Source: Phycisphaerae bacterium | GTDB lineage: Bacteria; Planctomycetota; Phycisphaerae; Phycisphaerales; SM1A02 | Length of the DNA: 38,200 bases | NCBI GenBank assembly: GCA_016873355.1 | Contig: VGXK01000001.1 | Location: 1-38,200, forward strand | Direction: 5' to 3' | Part shown: positions 35,306-38,200 of the stretch, piece by piece | How positions within the stretch are numbered: the first letter of the stretch is position 1 | Layout of the letters: each line of letters starts with the position of its first letter | The notes under the pieces: model-generated | Told to the model about the DNA's origin: nothing | Databases searched by the model: none | Seen by the model: the letters and a program-made list of their open reading frames with translations, nothing else | Position numbers and translations under genes: made by a program

Positions 35306-36765
35306 GCGTTTCCCCCGGCGCGATGCGTTGTCGGCGGGCGAGGCATGCGACGGCCGGCGCGCGAGCCGATTGCGCCGCCGTCTCGGTGCGGGCCATGAAC
35401 GGCATGCACGGCATGCACGGCATGCTCGCCGTGCTCGCCGCCCTGCTCGCTCCCGCCCTGCTCGTCGCGAGCGCGGATGCTCAGTTGCTTCGGCCGCCGC
35501 TACCGCGGGGCGAGACGCGTCCGATCGAGGCCGCGCCGCCGCCCGACGCGCCGACGGCGTCCCCGCCGACTCCGGCGCTCGGCGAGACGACGAGCATTCG
35601 AGCAACCGTGCTTCGCGCCGACGGCAACCACGCCTCGGGTGCGATTTCGCGCATCGACGACAGGGGCGTCGCCCTGCGAGCCGCCGACGGCGCGGAGAAG
35701 CGCAGCGAATGGCGCGACGTGCTCGGCCTGCTCGTCGACGGCGACGCGCGCGGAACGATGGACGGACCCGGATGGATCGTGCTCGCCGACGGCCAGCGAC
35801 TTCCCGGCGCCGAGGAGTCGAACGCCTCGGGCTGGCGATGGCGGCAGCCGCTCCTCGGCACGATCGAGCCGCCGTCCGGGTCGATCCGCGCGCTCTCGCT
35901 CGAAGGGGCGGCGCCGCCCCCGCCGATGCCCGGCGCCGACGTGATCCTGCTGCGCACGGGAGATCGGCTCGAAGGCTTCGTGTCGCGCCTGGCCGATCCG
36001 CTGCCGATCGAGACGCACGCGCCGGGTGCGCCCACGCTCGTGCCGATGAGTTCCGTGGCGGCGATCTCCTTCGTCACGGGCGATGCGGCGCCGGATCCGA
36101 CGCGGCGCCGGATCTGGACGAGCGACGGACTCGTGATCGACGCGGCGATCGTGCGCTACGGCGGCGGCGACGCGATGACGCTCGAGGGGCTCTCGATTCC
36201 CGGCGCGGCCGAGGCGACGATTCCGCTCGACCGCGTGCTGGCGATCTCGGGGGAGATCGCGGCGGCGCCGCTGGCGCAGCGTTCCATGACCGCGATCGAG
36301 ACGCCGCAGGGCGCCGTGCAGCGCTACGCGCTCACGCCGCCGCAGCGACTGCGCTGGCCGGACGAGCGCCCGAACGGAACGAAGGACGAGGCCGAGCGCG
36401 TGCTCGAGCGCGGCGAATGGCCGCTCGGACTCCAGCCGATCGCCTTCGACGGTCCCGCGATCCTCCGCATCGAGATCGACGCGCCGTCGACGCTCGTGGC
36501 AACGCTGCGGCTGCCCCGAGATCGCCGACCGCTGGGCCGGTTCGAGGTGGTCGCGCGCAGCGGCGGAGCGACGACGGGCCCGCTCTCGCTGGACGATGGG
36601 CGGCGCGAGCACGAGATCCGCATCGAGGCCGTGCCGCCGGCGATCGAGTTCGAGATCGTGGACACGGGAGGCGGTCCCGTCCAGGACGGCTTCGTGATCG
36701 AGCGGGGCGTGCTCATTCCGAAGTCGAACTCGGGCGCCAGCGATCGCGGTCGAAGCGATCGCTGA
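35302..36765 (+). CDS. Hypothetical secreted beta-rich protein with about four internal repeats
   Basis: ATG 35302 overlaps the previous TGA (ATGA). The alternative start ATG 35395 sits directly before the signal peptide MNGMHGMHGMLAVLAALLAPALLVASADA. Recurring pattern: VLRADGNHASG, VLADGQRLPG, LLRTGDRLEG, WTSDGLVIDA. Confidence 0.6.
   Translation: MSVSPGAMRCRRARHATAGARADCAAVSVRAMNGMHGMHGMLAVLAALLAPALLVASADAQLLRPPLPRGETRPIEAAPPPDAPTASPPTPALGETTSIRATVLRADGNHASGAISRIDDRGVALRAADGAEKRSEWRDVLGLLVDGDARGTMDGPGWIVLADGQRLPGAEESNASGWRWRQPLLGTIEPPSGSIRALSLEGAAPPPPMPGADVILLRTGDRLEGFVSRLADPLPIETHAPGAPTLVPMSSVAAISFVTGDAAPDPTRRRIWTSDGLVIDAAIVRYGGGDAMTLEGLSIPGAAEATIPLDRVLAISGEIAAAPLAQRSMTAIETPQGAVQRYALTPPQRLRWPDERPNGTKDEAERVLERGEWPLGLQPIAFDGPAILRIEIDAPSTLVATLRLPRDRRPLGRFEVVARSGGATTGPLSLDDGRREHEIRIEAVPPAIEFEIVDTGGGPVQDGFVIERGVLIPKSNSGASDRGRSDR
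35401..35427 (+). repeat. 9-bp tandem repeat x3 (GGCATGCAC, GGCATGCAC, GGCATGCTC)
   Basis: Read directly from the sequence. It is in frame, encodes GMHGMHGML at the extreme N-terminus of the signal peptide, and each unit contains the palindrome GCATGC. Confidence 0.9.
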
Positions 36766-38200
36766 TCCAGCCGAACGCGGGATCGAGTCGCCATCGCCTG
36801 GCTCCGCGCGGGGGCGCATGTCGAGCGATGCCGTCGTGCATCGCACGCAGCGCCGACATCGGAACCGGCGGGTGCTCCGGGAGCGACTCGAACGCCGGCG
36901 TCGATGCGCCGAATCCATGCGGCGACGAGGGCTCCCCGGCCGTCACGACCAGTCGCCGATCGGGCGGCGCCGCGTCGTCCCTTCGGAAACGAAGCTCGAG
37001 CGATGCGCCGCCGTCGCCCGCCCGGACGCTCGATGCGGGCGAGATCGGCTCGACGGGAACGCCGCGCGCCGCGGCGATCGCGAGCATGCGGCCGGGCACC
37101 ATCGAGGCCGGCGAGTCGAGCATCGACTCGACGACGAGCAGTCGATCGATCGACGCGAGCTCGAGCAGGTCCGGCACGGCGCCCATCGACTCGAGCGAGT
37201 GCTCCGTGACGACGACCGCGTCGAAGCGAGTCACGCCGAGCTCGACCGCGGCGCGCAGGATGGAGCGGGCCGCGGAACTTCCGGGTGCGCCGACGCCCAT
37301 CGAGCGGCCCGAGTCGCCCGCGTCGACGAGCAGCGCCGAGCGACCGGCGATCACGAGCGAACAGCGAGCGCGGCCGAGATCGAGGACCACGATCTGCGGC
37401 TCGCGGCCGGCCGAGGGCAGGAGCGGCATCAGCGCGACGACGATCCACGCACCCGCGAGCGCCATCGCCGCGCGCCGGTTCCGCTTCGACGCCGACACGA
37501 TCAGAAACGGCAGCGCGATGGCGACGAGCGACCACCACGCGGGAGGTCGAGGCAGGAGCGCGGTGGCCCCCGGAAGCGTCGCCACGCCTTCGACGGCGGC
37601 GAGGAAGACCGACCCGAGCATCGCCAGCAGCCAGCCGAGCGGCGCCGCGACCTCGATCGACCACGCCGCGACGACGGCGGCGAGCGTGCCCACGAGGGCG
37701 ATCGCCGACGCAAGCGGCGCGAGCACGACCGACGCCGGAATCGCCCAGGGCGCGCACTGCCCGAAGTGATGCAGCGTGATCGGCGTCACCACGATCCACG
37801 CCGCCAGCGATGCTGCGATCGGCCGCACCGCCATGCGAGTCAGCGCCACGCGACGAAGTCCTTCGGGATGCACGATTCCGCGCCGCACCAGATCGGGGCG
37901 ACGGCGCACGCTCCACCAGTGCGCGCGGTCGCAGAGTCGCTCGAGGCGTGCCGAGAGCGTCGGCGCCACTTCGAGCAGCGCCGCCACCGCCCCGAAACTG
38001 AGCTGGAACGCCGCGTCGCGCGCGTCGGCGGGATCGACCGCGGTCACCACGATCGCCACGACCGCGAGAATCGACGACGCGGGCCACGATCGCCCGGCGA
38101 GCAGCGCCGCTCCCGCGATCGAACCCGCAAGACCGGCGCGCAGCACCGACACCTGCGATTCGAGCACGAGCAGGAAGACGATCGACGCGCCGAGCAGGAT
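36713..38200 (-). CDS. comEC: ComEC/Rec2-family DNA internalisation channel protein, N-terminus beyond the window
   Basis: Polytopic membrane region with the conserved AFQLSFGAVAAL motif, followed by an MBL-like domain (SALLVDAGDSG ...). The frame is open to nt 38200. The last 53 nt overlap the convergent gene ending at 36765. Confidence 0.8.
   Translation of the reverse strand: MLLGASIVFLLVLESQVSVLRAGLAGSIAGAALLAGRSWPASSILAVVAIVVTAVDPADARDAAFQLSFGAVAALLEVAPTLSARLERLCDRAHWWSVRRRPDLVRRGIVHPEGLRRVALTRMAVRPIAASLAAWIVVTPITLHHFGQCAPWAIPASVVLAPLASAIALVGTLAAVVAAWSIEVAAPLGWLLAMLGSVFLAAVEGVATLPGATALLPRPPAWWSLVAIALPFLIVSASKRNRRAAMALAGAWIVVALMPLLPSAGREPQIVVLDLGRARCSLVIAGRSALLVDAGDSGRSMGVGAPGSSAARSILRAAVELGVTRFDAVVVTEHSLESMGAVPDLLELASIDRLLVVESMLDSPASMVPGRMLAIAAARGVPVEPISPASSVRAGDGGASLELRFRRDDAAPPDRRLVVTAGEPSSPHGFGASTPAFESLPEHPPVPMSALRAMHDGIARHAPPRGARRWRLDPAFGWISDRFDRDRWRPSSTSE

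Overview
GC-rich (third codon positions almost always G/C), gene-dense chromosomal segment. I call 29 protein-coding genes. I found no rRNA, tRNA, CRISPR array, transposase or integrase. Most long ORFs in the track are antisense 'shadow' frames of real genes and are not called. Left to right: the 3' end of a 2-oxoacid dehydrogenase E2 gene; a nucleotide-sugar dehydrogenase; three small secreted or membrane proteins tightly linked to deoC; a minus-strand unit of ECF sigma factor, 1704-aa VIT-vWA transmembrane protein and ThuA-like protein; lipA; a stand-alone PilZ protein; an M16 peptidase; a minus-strand Hpt / REC-GGDEF / recO / HDOD-degenerate-GGDEF unit; an MBL-fold hydrolase; dnaA with a near-consensus promoter, followed by a 384-bp non-coding gap with DnaA-box-like sites (candidate oriC); mutM; an eight-gene, largely translationally coupled MoxR-DUF58-BatA-like ('Bat'-type) operon extended by a 1190-aa coiled-coil membrane protein and three secreted proteins, one with a prenyltransferase/terpene-cyclase-like fold; and a partial comEC. 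The two loci most worth follow-up are the sigma / giant VIT-vWA pair in the anti-sigma position and the extended MoxR-vWA operon. Next are the c-di-GMP/phosphorelay unit with recO embedded, the paralogous small secreted proteins upstream of deoC, and the candidate origin. The gene content suggests a Planctomycetota/Verrucomicrobiota-like organism, but that is a low-confidence inference. All domain calls rest on motifs I recognise by eye. No database search was run.
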